Shown here piece after piece: positions 49,465-59,986 of a stretch of DNA of 64,000 nt. Location: IMG/VR virus record IMGVR_UViG_3300025530_000275, positions 32,001 to 96,000 of that record. One strand, written 5' to 3'. This DNA is from a virus. A model generated the notes under the pieces. It had not been told where the DNA came from and did not search any database. It worked only from the letters and a program-made list of their open reading frames with translations. A program made the position numbers and the translations under genes. The stretch's first letter is position 1; each line of letters opens with the position of its first letter.

Positions 49465-50706
49465 ATGGCACGGGTAAAGATCAGTAAAATTCGTGTGTCT
49501 GACGAAGAACTGGAAGAATTGGGTATAAACAAAGACTTCTATGAGGATTGGCGTTCAGAGAACGGATTTATTAAAGTTTCCCTATCTCCTTGGGGCGCTG
49601 CAATGCTTAATGAGAGTATGGAAGATAAAATTGAGCAGAAGCGTAAGGAACTTGAAGAACTACGTAAAAAGTATTCCCAGCTTGAAGATATTAAGGAGAA
49701 GGGTTTATCTAAAAAAGAAAAGAAAAAGCTGAAGAAAGAGAAGAAGAAAAAGAAGAAGGAAAAGAAACGTCTGAAAAAACTTCCTGAATCTACGAAACTT
49801 CTTTATGGGGCTATTGAAGAATATCAAGAAAAGTTCCATAAAGATAAGAAAAAGAAAAAATATGATATTGGATTTGAAGGTTTAAGTGTTAAGGAAAAAA
49901 CTAAAAGAGATTCTAAACTGTCTGAAGAGGAAGTTGAAAAACGTAAAGAGGAGAAAGAGAGTAAAGAATTCGAAAAACGATTCGAAGAACCTCTTGCTCT
50001 AATTCGTGAAAACTTGATTGATATGACTGAGACTCTTGTTGAACTTAATGATATGATAAAGGAGACTAAAGAGTCTCGGGCTAGAAATAAGCATGTTATG
50101 CTTAAGGATCTTCTTACGACTAAGGTAAACTTATTTAATGCCAGAGCATCCAGTGCAAGATCTATGGCTGATATTCAGAGAGCCAGGGTTGATCTTGAGC
50201 TTAAGAGGGTTAAAGAGAAAGGTGCTACCGGTGATGAGAGAACCAAAAATATTGCTCTCATGAATAAACTCTTCCCTCAACTTTTGGCATCCGGCGCACT
50301 CGATAAAGGAATTGGTAAGTCTAAGAATGATGACGATGATGACTATAAGAAGGATAAGAAGAAGAAAAAGAAAAAAGTTAAAAATAGAGATAGTGAGGAA
50401 AACTTTGAGAAGAGAGTTACTAAATTGATTAAAGAGGGAGAAATTGAATTGAGCCCTCATGAGCTGGCTATAGATATGGAAGGAAAATATAAAGTTGCTA
50501 TTATGAAATCTTTTAAAACTGGCGACTGGGCCGTGGTTGCCACTGATTTGAATGGTAAAATTATTCGTGACTTTAAGGAACGATATCCAGGTCTTCTTCC
50601 TAAAAAGAAAGATTTGGACCTCAGGTGGGACGATGAAAAGGATATCGCTAAAGATAGGAAGACTGATAGAATCTTCCCGGTTATTCAAGTACCACATCTT
50701 TATTAA
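49465..50706 (+). CDS. Lys/Glu-rich coiled-coil protein
   Basis: 413 aa, poly-K tracts, RBS GAGGAG, terminator 50722-50750. Confidence 0.75.
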   Translation: MARVKISKIRVSDEELEELGINKDFYEDWRSENGFIKVSLSPWGAAMLNESMEDKIEQKRKELEELRKKYSQLEDIKEKGLSKKEKKKLKKEKKKKKKEKKRLKKLPESTKLLYGAIEEYQEKFHKDKKKKKYDIGFEGLSVKEKTKRDSKLSEEEVEKRKEEKESKEFEKRFEEPLALIRENLIDMTETLVELNDMIKETKESRARNKHVMLKDLLTTKVNLFNARASSARSMADIQRARVDLELKRVKEKGATGDERTKNIALMNKLFPQLLASGALDKGIGKSKNDDDDDYKKDKKKKKKKVKNRDSEENFEKRVTKLIKEGEIELSPHELAIDMEGKYKVAIMKSFKTGDWAVVATDLNGKIIRDFKERYPGLLPKKKDLDLRWDDEKDIAKDRKTDRIFPVIQVPHLY

Positions 50707-50754
50707 CCAAAAAAAAAAATAAAGCTCTACAGGTATCAACCTGTAGAGCTGTTT

Positions 50755-50991
50755 TTATATTAGTCCTTGATACAGATCATGCCCGCATTCAATCTCCATC
50801 ATTTTTCTTTCTCTTCTAAGGTCCTCGTAACAATTGAGACACAGATTGCCAGTTAATTTTCCATCACCATAAATTTCATCTTTGTCACAAGAGCAAGGAT
50901 TCATAAACGGATTATTTTTTATCATACTCATTAAAAAGTGAACGATTGTCACCATCAGTAGAATATATACCTTGATTAGAACGTGCTTCAT
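50755..50991 (-). CDS. small Cys-containing hypothetical protein
   Basis: CSC...CLNC; start uncertain. Confidence 0.4.
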   Translation of the reverse strand: MKHVLIKVYILLMVTIVHFLMSMIKNNPFMNPCSCDKDEIYGDGKLTGNLCLNCYEDLRRERKMMEIECGHDLYQGLI

Positions 50992-51097
50992 TATAAGGTT
51001 CTTCCATGTCTATTTCACAGGAAATACACATACCATTCTTGAGTTCATCAGTGTATTCACCACAGACAGTACACCTATCAACAAAAATCTTACCCAT
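50912..51097 (-). CDS. small zinc-ribbon protein
   Basis: CTVCG...CISC; start set at MGKIF after AAGGAGG. Confidence 0.55.
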   Translation of the reverse strand: MGKIFVDRCTVCGEYTDELKNGMCISCEIDMEEPYNEARSNQGIYSTDGDNRSLFNEYDKK

Positions 51098-51116
51098 TTT
51101 ATCCTCCTTAATACAA

Positions 51117-51380
51117 TTAATCAGCCAACCAAGGATACCAGGTTCCTTGGTCAACTTTATAATTAAATGTCTTGAAAGAGATACCGTAACGCTCACGGAT
51201 TTTGAAATATTGAAAATATATTCGACGTTTTTTCAAAACTTCAAGTCGTTCACGTCTTTCCTTTATTCTTTCTTTCAAATCTTCTACTGCCTGCAAATAA
51301 TGTTCATCAATGAATTCCTCATTTTCTTCTTCCACAATTTGTTTATGAAAAATATTTTTCACTTTATCCAAAAGTTTCAT
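51117..51380 (-). CDS. hypothetical protein
   Basis: 87 aa, RBS GGAGGT. Confidence 0.7.
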   Translation of the reverse strand: MKLLDKVKNIFHKQIVEEENEEFIDEHYLQAVEDLKERIKERRERLEVLKKRRIYFQYFKIRERYGISFKTFNYKVDQGTWYPWLAD

Positions 51381-51446
51381 AATTATCTACCTCCATGAAA
51401 AAATAAAGGAACACAGAAAAATTTATTCTGTATTCCTATTTAGAAG

Positions 51447-51674
51447 TCAGGTATTCAAAGTGTTTTCATTTTTCATTTTTTTATACTCTTCCAAGTCATC
51501 AAAAACTGCGACCACGAGTTCATGATATGCTTTAACCGGACATTTATCGCAGTCCAGTTTAATTCCTCTTGATGAACAAATGTGGCATGAAGTATTGAAA
51601 TTTTTCACTGCTTCTTCCTTCGTGTTGGCCATATCCTGATGAATTTTAGACAATTGAACAAACTTTTCTTTCAT
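51447..51674 (-). CDS. small Cys-rich protein
   Basis: CHIC...CDKCPV; RBS GAGGTG. Confidence 0.7.
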   Translation of the reverse strand: MKEKFVQLSKIHQDMANTKEEAVKNFNTSCHICSSRGIKLDCDKCPVKAYHELVVAVFDDLEEYKKMKNENTLNT

Positions 51675-51686
51675 AATAAATCACCT

Positions 51687-52082
51687 CTATAAAAATAGTT
51701 TGAATGACACAATAATTCTCTCTTCGAACTTTTTTTGAAAAGTCGGGTATTGACAAATAGCAATATTTACCTTCTTGTTATATCGACCCACTAGAAGCTT
51801 TACTTTATGTATTTTATTCATATGATTAAACTCCTGAGTAGGATCGAATATAAATCCTGCAATATTTTTTGTCATGACGACTTTTGATTCATAAAGTTGT
51901 AACGAATAAAGCATGTAAGGATGATGTAAGAATAATGGACAGATTAGACCACTCTTCATGGTTAAATAACCATGAACTTGAATATAACATCTGCTACTCC
52001 TATCATACAATATAAGACCAGGAACAATACTTTTTATTAGATTATCAGTATCACCTCTAGTTTTTAACATATTTTTAATCAC
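51687..52082 (-). CDS. hypothetical early protein
   Basis: 131 aa after early promoter. Confidence 0.65.
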   Translation of the reverse strand: MIKNMLKTRGDTDNLIKSIVPGLILYDRSSRCYIQVHGYLTMKSGLICPLFLHHPYMLYSLQLYESKVVMTKNIAGFIFDPTQEFNHMNKIHKVKLLVGRYNKKVNIAICQYPTFQKKFEERIIVSFKLFL

Positions 52083-52099
52083 CTCCTCTATCTCAGTTA

Positions 52100-52110
52100 A
52101 ATAATATATA
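52100..52110 (-). promoter_or_regulatory. early-type promoter TATATATTATT
   Basis: Exact motif. Confidence 0.7.
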
Positions 52111-52165
52111 ATTGAATAGTATTATACTTACAGAAAAAAGGCGGTATGGGAATTACCCATACCGC

Positions 52166-54892
52166 TTATACTATTTTAATCATATTATCAGGATCAAAAT
52201 TATCAATACCATGACCAGGAAATAGTATGAAACATACAGAATCTTTATAGTTTTCATAATACTGTCTTGCATGAGTTATCATAAATACTTGCGTAATTCC
52301 TATACGCTTAATTTGCTTCATGAGAATATTACAATAAACGGACTTATTATACTCAGAGAATCCACCATCCACTTCATCAAGAGCCAGAATACCATATGAT
52401 GCAATAACTTGCTCAATAAGTGCCATTGACAGACATGTTGATATGAATGCTCTCTCTGAGGTGGATGCATCAGATATATCATCTCCAGTCTCTCCATTAT
52501 GAGTAAATGGAATTGTAAACTCATTCTCATCAATAATGAATGGATGAAGATGTAATGTACCATCAAAAGTTTCACTCAATAATACATTTGCAGTTTTTCT
52601 AATTTCATCTACATACATATTCAAGAGACTTACTGCCATACCTTTATTAGTAGATAGAGCTTTCTTTATAAGAGAAAGGACTTTAAGATTTTCTTCTAGA
52701 ACTTCTTTTTCCATATTAAATTCTTTAATTTTGATTTCTTGATATTTATATTTATCTCTCTCTTGAGTAAGAGGCTTCAACTTATGTTCAATAATTTTGA
52801 GTTTTTGCTTTCTTTCATCAATTTTTTCATGAAGTTCATTGATTCTATTAATATCACTTTTAATCTTATCAAATCTATCAGATAGTTTGATTATTTCATC
52901 TTTACCTTCCTGAAGCTTGATAAACATTTCTCTAGCATCTGTCAACACTTGTTCTCTTTCTTTAAGAACTTCAAATAGTTCCTCCATTTCTTCAAGTTGT
53001 TTATCTTCTACCTTTATTTCTTCCATAAGGGATTCATACTTTTCAGTAAGTTTCTTTAAGTCGGATTTAATTGAATCCACCATATTCTTATTAGAATCGA
53101 ACTTTTCAAGCTCCATTTTTATCTTCGGAATTTTAATATTCTTGATTTCCTCATATTCAGCTTTATCTTGTAAGATTTCAATAAGATCATAATAATCATT
53201 CTCTACCGGCTCTATGGTTTTATACTTTTCCAATATTTTTAAAAGTTTTTCCTCGGTAGAAAATGAACTGTTGAATGGTAGCTTAGAGATAAGATAATAT
53301 TGACTTCTATAAATATTTACAAGATTCTCGACTTTAGCCTTCACTGTAATCATTTCAGCATATCTCTCAACCTTATCAACAAGATCATTATATTCTTTAT
53401 TAATTTCCCCAAGCTCGGATTCAAATTGTTTAATTTTCCTGTCAATCTGAACCCATTTGTGGTAATCTTGAAGGAATTCACATGAATCAATAGTGCAATC
53501 TTTTGGCCTCTTTGATATACTTTCTTTTAAGTACTCATAAGCTGAAAGTTTTGTTATGTTAGAAGTTAAATTATCTACTCGCTCTTTAATCTTATCATGC
53601 TTTTCTTTGGTTTGAATGTACTTTTCTTCAAGTTTATTTGTAAATATAGATTCAATAGACTCCTTCAATACTGAAGGGCTATCACAATTATTATATATAT
53701 CAATCATAAATTCTCTTAACGATTCTATTACATTTATACCCTGCTTTAAATCTTCTGCTGTTAATGAACTATTCAACTTTTTAGTTCTAGAGTCAAATTT
53801 TTCGATGGCTTCTTCATATTCTCTCAATAGTTTTACCAAATCCGATTTAGATAAATCACCAGATATCTGATTGAGAAATAATTCTTTCTCACTTATTTGA
53901 TCATATAAAGTAGACTTCATATATTTCTTAGAATTAAGTCTGGATCTTAGATCTACAAGCTCTCCCCAGATTTTATTTTTTAAGGCGGTAATTTCTTTAA
54001 GCTTCTTATCACATTCACTAAGAGTTTCAATATTGAAATCTTTTCGAATAACTTCAATTTTTGATAATATTTTCTCTTGAGTTTTCTCAAGGTCTTTTAA
54101 ATTAGACTTAATTTCTTTATACTCGGATTCCAATTTCCCTTCCGGATCAATAGAATCCAGCTCGGCTTTAAATTTGTTTAGCTTTCCTATAGTTTTATCA
54201 CGCTTTGCTACAAGTTCATTTGTCAAAGATTCTATTTCAGACAGTTTTTCTTTTACAGTAATCTCATCGTCCATTTTACCAAGTTTATCTGTAATAGACG
54301 TTAACAGAGATTTAACGTCTCTATATTTTTTATCAATTATTTTCTGATAAACTTGAGTGTCGTCTGCTTTAGGAATAAATTTATAGATATGATTTTTACG
54401 GTTGGCTCCGGTCATTTTGACTAAACCGACCATGTCTTCATTTTGAGTAGAAAGTCTCAGGAAATCTTCATCAATTCCAAATTCTTGTTCAACTGCTACA
54501 AGAAATGATGAAACATTCCCATTTGGATTAAGATCTTTTTCTACCCCATTCTCAATCTTAAAGATATAAGATTTAGTAGAATGAGATCCTGATTTATTTG
54601 GAATGTATACGTGCTTTATTTTTATCTGTTTTTCTTCGTCATAGATATCTTCATAAATTAAAAGTTTGTATCCTTCTTTTCCTTTTCTAATAAATTTATC
54701 CCTATTATCAGTAGTGCCAGAAAATGGGTGAAGGATTGATAATAGTGTAGATTTTCCTTTAGCATTTGGACCAAGAATAATAAATATGGATTTATCTCTA
54801 AATTCCTCTAAATTCAGAGAAACTGTCTTCTTTCCTAATCCATTATATAATCCAATAAAATTATGTGCTTCAAAATATCTTAATCTATACAA
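52166..54892 (-). CDS. sbcC: SbcC/Rad50-like SMC ATPase
   Basis: GPNAKGKST, long coiled coil with central CTIDSC hook, ASTSE signature, LALDEVDG, ITH. Confidence 0.9.
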   Translation of the reverse strand: MYRLRYFEAHNFIGLYNGLGKKTVSLNLEEFRDKSIFIILGPNAKGKSTLLSILHPFSGTTDNRDKFIRKGKEGYKLLIYEDIYDEEKQIKIKHVYIPNKSGSHSTKSYIFKIENGVEKDLNPNGNVSSFLVAVEQEFGIDEDFLRLSTQNEDMVGLVKMTGANRKNHIYKFIPKADDTQVYQKIIDKKYRDVKSLLTSITDKLGKMDDEITVKEKLSEIESLTNELVAKRDKTIGKLNKFKAELDSIDPEGKLESEYKEIKSNLKDLEKTQEKILSKIEVIRKDFNIETLSECDKKLKEITALKNKIWGELVDLRSRLNSKKYMKSTLYDQISEKELFLNQISGDLSKSDLVKLLREYEEAIEKFDSRTKKLNSSLTAEDLKQGINVIESLREFMIDIYNNCDSPSVLKESIESIFTNKLEEKYIQTKEKHDKIKERVDNLTSNITKLSAYEYLKESISKRPKDCTIDSCEFLQDYHKWVQIDRKIKQFESELGEINKEYNDLVDKVERYAEMITVKAKVENLVNIYRSQYYLISKLPFNSSFSTEEKLLKILEKYKTIEPVENDYYDLIEILQDKAEYEEIKNIKIPKIKMELEKFDSNKNMVDSIKSDLKKLTEKYESLMEEIKVEDKQLEEMEELFEVLKEREQVLTDAREMFIKLQEGKDEIIKLSDRFDKIKSDINRINELHEKIDERKQKLKIIEHKLKPLTQERDKYKYQEIKIKEFNMEKEVLEENLKVLSLIKKALSTNKGMAVSLLNMYVDEIRKTANVLLSETFDGTLHLHPFIIDENEFTIPFTHNGETGDDISDASTSERAFISTCLSMALIEQVIASYGILALDEVDGGFSEYNKSVYCNILMKQIKRIGITQVFMITHARQYYENYKDSVCFILFPGHGIDNFDPDNMIKIV

Positions 54893-54937
54893 ATATAATT
54901 CATCCTCCCCATTGTGAGATATTTATAAGAATAAGAG

Positions 54938-55237
54938 TTAATTCTTTTTCAATTTTGCTTTCAAATCCCTACATGCAAATTCATCAGCAGTATAAACATC
55001 AATTCCCTCATTATAATAATTAAACCCAAGGACATCATCTATTAATTTTTGGAAATGTTTCCGCAAATTCTGATATTGTAATAGAGATATTTTATCATGT
55101 CGATTATTCCATCGTTCAATTACTTCTTCTTCTGTGTTTGCAAACATTGTTACAGTACAATTCTGACATTTAATAATTATCTTATTAATGTGAATCGGTT
55201 GAGAACCGCAAAACGGACATGGAGTTATGATTTTCAT
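54938..55237 (-). CDS. Lar-like (restriction alleviation) zinc-finger protein
   Basis: PCPFCG...CQNC...TEEEVIERWNNR; start set at MKIITP. Confidence 0.65.
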   Translation of the reverse strand: MKIITPCPFCGSQPIHINKIIIKCQNCTVTMFANTEEEVIERWNNRHDKISLLQYQNLRKHFQKLIDDVLGFNYYNEGIDVYTADEFACRDLKAKLKKN

Positions 55238-55354
55238 AACGTCTTCCCTCTTTTGCAATTTTTACATATTTCTCGCATATCATGTCACTCACTTTATCAT
55301 CTTAATAATCTAATAAAAAGTTCTTTATAAAATACATTTTCGTTTACCTATGTA

Positions 55355-55365
55355 AATAATATATA
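55355..55365 (-). promoter_or_regulatory. early-type promoter TATATATTATT
   Basis: Exact motif. Confidence 0.7.
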
Positions 55366-55428
55366 CCTTATATAATAGTAAGATTATAGGGGATTGAAGA
55401 AAAAAAAATAAGCTAGCGGGTAGCTAGC

Positions 55429-56379
55429 TTATTTAAAATGCTTCTCAACGAATTTCAGCCTTCTGTCCCAATTGGGATGGGTTGAGAAAATATCCAGAGA
55501 TCTTACGTTGCCGAAAAATGCCAAAGTTGCGTTTTCTACCTTCGGATTTTCAATATTTTTGAATTCGTTTATTAGTTTAGTATATCTATCTAAGCCTACA
55601 ACCTTTGCAGCAAAAAGATCGGCTCTGAACTCCCTACGTCTAGAATAGGTGAGAGAAATTAATTTGAGGAGCCACATCACCACAATGTCCATAATGATGC
55701 CGACAATGAAATATATTGCATTCGAAAGATTGATTCCAAGATATTCTTCAATGGCTGTAGTGATAGGATATAGTACAATTTTAATGGGCAGAGTAAGTAG
55801 CGTAGTTGTTGCCACAAGGAAGAGATCCAAAAATGTTTGATTTCTCATGTCTCCGTTTACAATATGCCCCATTTCATGGGCTATAACTGCGAGCGCGGCA
55901 TCCTCAGACATATTTTCAAGGAAGGCAGATGTGATTACAATAAGACCCTTATTTCTTGTAGGCCCTATAGCATACGCATTAACCTCATCGGTTTCTTCAA
56001 TAGCTACTCTTGGGATATTGATTCTCAATTTGTCCGCCATTTCGACGATATACAGATATAGTTTCTTTTCGTATTCACTACCTATGAAACTACCATCTTC
56101 TGCGAATCCAATTTGTCTAACATTTTCTTTTTCCAAATACCTGTCTCTATGTGTGAAAAGATTGAAAAGAGTAATGATAAATTGAAATATCAGAATACCT
56201 GGAATTACATATAATAAAGCTCCGGCAGATACAATAGTTAAAGTCGTGAATGTAGACATAATCAAAAGAGTGATTATAACCGTGAATCTCCATCTACCTT
56301 TGCCGACTTTGATGTCATCCTTCGAGAAATCTAATCTCTCCGGATATTCCTTTCCAAGAATGTTTATCATAGTAATCAA
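55429..56379 (-). CDS. htpX: HtpX-like M48 membrane zinc protease
   Basis: TM helices, NAYAIG, AHEMGHIVNGD, SRRREFRAD, FSTHP. Confidence 0.88.
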   Translation of the reverse strand: MITMINILGKEYPERLDFSKDDIKVGKGRWRFTVIITLLIMSTFTTLTIVSAGALLYVIPGILIFQFIITLFNLFTHRDRYLEKENVRQIGFAEDGSFIGSEYEKKLYLYIVEMADKLRINIPRVAIEETDEVNAYAIGPTRNKGLIVITSAFLENMSEDAALAVIAHEMGHIVNGDMRNQTFLDLFLVATTTLLTLPIKIVLYPITTAIEEYLGINLSNAIYFIVGIIMDIVVMWLLKLISLTYSRRREFRADLFAAKVVGLDRYTKLINEFKNIENPKVENATLAFFGNVRSLDIFSTHPNWDRRLKFVEKHFK

Positions 56380-56478
56380 CTCCTTTAAATTAAAATTTTT
56401 TATGTGTAAGACTTAATACAAGGAACATAGAAAAAAATAAGGGGAAGGATTTTTGAGCCTCCCCCTTATACTGAATTA

Positions 56479-56928
56479 TTACATCGGGTATTTGTCGCTG
56501 AATTTTTCGAGCTTGGCGTTGATTTTTTCGATGAGCTTTTTTCCGTCTTCGATGAGGTCGGAAAAATGATGTTTAATCACCGGCCATACGATGTTCATGA
56601 CAACCTTTTTAACAAAGCCGTAATTTTTCTCGACCACATCTTTGTGACGATCGGCGAAGTCTGCAATCTCCATGGATATGTCGCAGAAAAGTTCGAGCGA
56701 GTCCGAGATGAACTCATCCGAATACTCGATGTGGACGTTGTCTCCCTCCAACCACAATTTGCAAACAGGGCTTTCAATCGTTTCGTCCGGCCCCAACAGT
56801 TTGTCAATCTCGAAGTTTGCCTCAACGAGCTCATCAATGTACATGTCTTCGATGCCCAGCTTCGTAAAAACTTTGTTCATAGATGCAAAGAAATTTTTGA
56901 AGTGTTCTTTCTTGATAGTAACGATCAT
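56479..56928 (-). CDS. hypothetical early protein, GC-richer codons
   Basis: 149 aa, RBS AAGGAG, terminator 56437-56469. Confidence 0.75.
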   Translation of the reverse strand: MIVTIKKEHFKNFFASMNKVFTKLGIEDMYIDELVEANFEIDKLLGPDETIESPVCKLWLEGDNVHIEYSDEFISDSLELFCDISMEIADFADRHKDVVEKNYGFVKKVVMNIVWPVIKHHFSDLIEDGKKLIEKINAKLEKFSDKYPM

Positions 56929-56961
56929 AGGTAAAACATCTCCTTTAAATTAAAATTTTTA

Positions 56962-57132
56962 GTAGAAGATTATGAGAATCATTGTGAGCAGAACATCAAC
57001 TTGATACAAAGGAACATAGAAAAAGTTTCATTCAAACATTTTTTAATCCTCCTTCTATCTTTATTCATTACAATAATATATAATCTCAAGGCTTCCTACT
57101 TGCACCAGTTATAGTCTTCAATAAGAGGCCAT
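56962..57132 (-). pseudogene. internally deleted duplicate of the 57158-57454 gene with intact promoter block
   Basis: 57033-57132 matches 57448-57547; 57004-57032 matches 57328-57355; 56962-57003 matches 57194-57235. Confidence 0.85.
57072..57082 (-). promoter_or_regulatory. early-type promoter TATATATTATT
   Basis: Exact motif in duplicated block. Confidence 0.7.
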
Positions 57133-57157
57133 AAATATTTTGTGATATTAGCGAGAA

Positions 57158-57454
57158 TTACATTGCATCAAGCCAATTGTTACAGGCACCGATGTAGAAG
57201 ATTATGAGAATCATTGCGAGCAGAACATCAATTTGTGCAAACCTTCTTAAAAATTTCCTAGCAAGAGTCTCTTCTTCGTTAAATTCCACGTATACCACAA
57301 TTGCCATTTCAATGATAATCATTCCAAATACAAGGAACATAGAGAAAGTTTCATTAATAGGATTAAATCTGTTGAAAATTAACATGAATCCGAGAGTGAT
57401 TAGTAAAACATAGTTGAATTTGAAATACATGTTTCTAATGACTCGTGCAAACAT
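57158..57454 (-). CDS. small three-TM membrane protein
   Basis: 98 aa, three hydrophobic stretches, RBS AAGGAGG. Confidence 0.75.
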   Translation of the reverse strand: MFARVIRNMYFKFNYVLLITLGFMLIFNRFNPINETFSMFLVFGMIIIEMAIVVYVEFNEEETLARKFLRRFAQIDVLLAMILIIFYIGACNNWLDAM

Positions 57455-57486
57455 TTTTTAATCCTCCTTCTATCTTTATTCATTAC

Positions 57487-57497
57487 AATAATATATA
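57487..57497 (-). promoter_or_regulatory. early-type promoter TATATATTATT
   Basis: Exact motif. Confidence 0.7.
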
Positions 57498-57736
57498 ACC
57501 TCAATGCTCTCTACTTGCACCAGTTATAGTCTTCAATAAGAAGCCATTTATGCTTAATATTCAAAAAGAAGAAGAGATAAAATAACCGTTTCAATGCTTC
57601 AAGAAAAAGTATTAGAAGGAAAAAATGAATATGAGATAATAAATTTTATCAAAAAATAATAAAAGTGTAAAAGGGAGCAGACCCATTTGGGCTGCTCCCT
57701 CATTTTATTTATATCAAATTACTCAAGGTATAATTT

Positions 57737-59152
57737 TTATGATAGCAACGAAAATTCAACATCTGCATTGTCCTTTTTGACTATTTTTATATAACCGATG
57801 GATTCTTCTTCGTCATCCACTATATCATCAAAATCAGGACTTTCGTTATTATCAATAGGCTGAGGTTGAAATCTCATATCGTTGCGACTTTTAATATAAT
57901 TCATATTTGCTTCAAAATGTCTCTCTTTATCACCTTTTATCTTAGAGGAGGAAATTTTAATAGCTTCCTCAATACTCATTTTAGGATTGTTTGCGAGTAT
58001 ATACTTAGTAGAAGTAATAATTTCTTTCAATGATGCCATTGGCAGTCCTTTAGTATATTTGGCAAACAATTTACTTATATTTTCTTTAGTATCAAAGACC
58101 TCATTAAGATTCTTACTTTCAAAGAAAAGCAATCTAGTCTTATATGACGGGTTGTCAATTTTATAAGTTCTATCAAATCTACCTGAGCGATTCACAAACG
58201 CTGGATCGATTCTTTCAGGATAGTTTGTAGTTCCTATTATATATGACCCGGATTTCACATCAATGCCATCTAAAAGATTAAGAAATTCGGAACGGTTCTC
58301 AGTGTTAATAAGAGAATCCATATCTTCAATAATGATAATAGCTGATCTCCCATTTAATGCCCTAAGTAAAGATGATAATACATGAGTTATATCAAATGAT
58401 ATATTCGGATTTATTACAATCTTACTTACTTTTTCCCCAATACGTCGAATTATTTCTCTAATCAATGCAGATTTTCCTGTACCGGGGGGTCCATGTAATA
58501 TAGCTCCTCTTTTATAGGGGATGTCCATCTTCTTGTACAAATCTTTAGTTTCTTCGGAGAAGAATGAAGTTATATCGTTAATTACTTCACTTAGTATAGA
58601 TTTCTCTTCGAAAACCAGATTTTCATCAGATACACGTTTCTTTATAACATCGACCGGTTTATCAGATTTGCTACCGGCTTTAGATATTTCAATATATTCA
58701 CTAGGTTTACATTTAAAATCAATATCATTAAAGATATTGACCTGAGAAAAATCTTGTTGCAGGATAGGTTTAACGATCTTTGCAAATTTCTTCAATTTCT
58801 TGATATCGATCATAAATATGCAATAGAATGCATATTCATATACAGAATATATCATTGCAGTATTCAATTTTTTCGATATCGCAATTCTTTGAAACCGTTT
58901 GAAATCACTTATAAGTTCAAAGCTTCCGATAGGTCTAGTTGGTGGAAATAGCTTATGATAATCATATACATTTCCAATGTCCTTGAACTTACCCGCTTTT
59001 AATAACTGAGTTATAATAGTTGGATTATAGACATACATTGTACTAATCTGATAACGTTTAATGTTAAGCCTATTTTTGGGCTTAACTTTCTCTGTAACAA
59101 GCGTGTACAGAGCTTGTTCAATTGCCGGATCAAAAAATGACACTCGTATCAA
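57737..59152 (-). CDS. AAA+ ATPase (classical clade, BCS1/FtsH-like module)
   Basis: YKRGAILHGPPGTGKS, IIIIEDMD, GTTNYPERIDPAFVNRSGRFD. Confidence 0.9.
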   Translation of the reverse strand: MIRVSFFDPAIEQALYTLVTEKVKPKNRLNIKRYQISTMYVYNPTIITQLLKAGKFKDIGNVYDYHKLFPPTRPIGSFELISDFKRFQRIAISKKLNTAMIYSVYEYAFYCIFMIDIKKLKKFAKIVKPILQQDFSQVNIFNDIDFKCKPSEYIEISKAGSKSDKPVDVIKKRVSDENLVFEEKSILSEVINDITSFFSEETKDLYKKMDIPYKRGAILHGPPGTGKSALIREIIRRIGEKVSKIVINPNISFDITHVLSSLLRALNGRSAIIIIEDMDSLINTENRSEFLNLLDGIDVKSGSYIIGTTNYPERIDPAFVNRSGRFDRTYKIDNPSYKTRLLFFESKNLNEVFDTKENISKLFAKYTKGLPMASLKEIITSTKYILANNPKMSIEEAIKISSSKIKGDKERHFEANMNYIKSRNDMRFQPQPIDNNESPDFDDIVDDEEESIGYIKIVKKDNADVEFSLLS

Positions 59153-59230
59153 ACCTCTCCTCTTCCCTAAATTAACCTATAAGGGTTATGGGATTGATGT
59201 TCCCATAACCCTCTTGAATCCACACTATTC

Positions 59231-59962
59231 TTAAAGAAGCCTTTCCAGATCCTCAGGAGTTGATATAATTTCAATATTTTTATCGTTGATCGGGAAGTGT
59301 TCATCATTGAATACAAGAATAGCCTTCCCTTCTTTAGAGATCGGATCTTTAGCCGTTTGTTTATCAAATATCAATATACCATAATTGAAATCAAACAGAT
59401 TCGCATATTCATCAAGTTTAAAGAAAGTGAGAGTACTTCCTTTTTCTAAAGCTTTCTTCGTATTCGCTCTATCCCAGTTTTTCTCCAACCTATTAAGATA
59501 TTGAGCGAGATCAATTTGCTTAGAAATCAGTGCCAGTCTAACTGCTTTTATTCCCGTGTCATCATTTTCTTTGATTTCGGGTTCGAATACATTGCCAGCA
59601 CTTTTGAGTTCTTCGATAGGAACTTCATTCAGATATTCATTGAGCTTTTCTTTGATAGTTTCAGGAGTAATTTCAAAAATCCTCGAAATGTGATATATTT
59701 TCCGTTCTTTCTCATTCCGAGGATAAACAACAACTACCCGTTCATCTTTGTCAAGATAGACGCCGGGCTCAATTGAATTTTTCTTATATCTCCCCATATA
59801 AGGAAATACATATGGGTAGCTTATAGAAATATTTCCTTTACCACCTCCAAATACATAGGCGTTACCAAGTTCCAGTTCATCAACTTCTCTGAAATTATAG
59901 ACTCGGTACATATATTCGCCTATTTTTATTATCTTATTTGATAGGGTATTTCGGTTACTCAT
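59231..59962 (-). CDS. hypothetical protein
   Basis: 243 aa, RBS AAAGGA. Confidence 0.7.
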   Translation of the reverse strand: MSNRNTLSNKIIKIGEYMYRVYNFREVDELELGNAYVFGGGKGNISISYPYVFPYMGRYKKNSIEPGVYLDKDERVVVVYPRNEKERKIYHISRIFEITPETIKEKLNEYLNEVPIEELKSAGNVFEPEIKENDDTGIKAVRLALISKQIDLAQYLNRLEKNWDRANTKKALEKGSTLTFFKLDEYANLFDFNYGILIFDKQTAKDPISKEGKAILVFNDEHFPINDKNIEIISTPEDLERLL

Positions 59963-59986
59963 GCCAATTCATCCTTTCTCTTAAAA

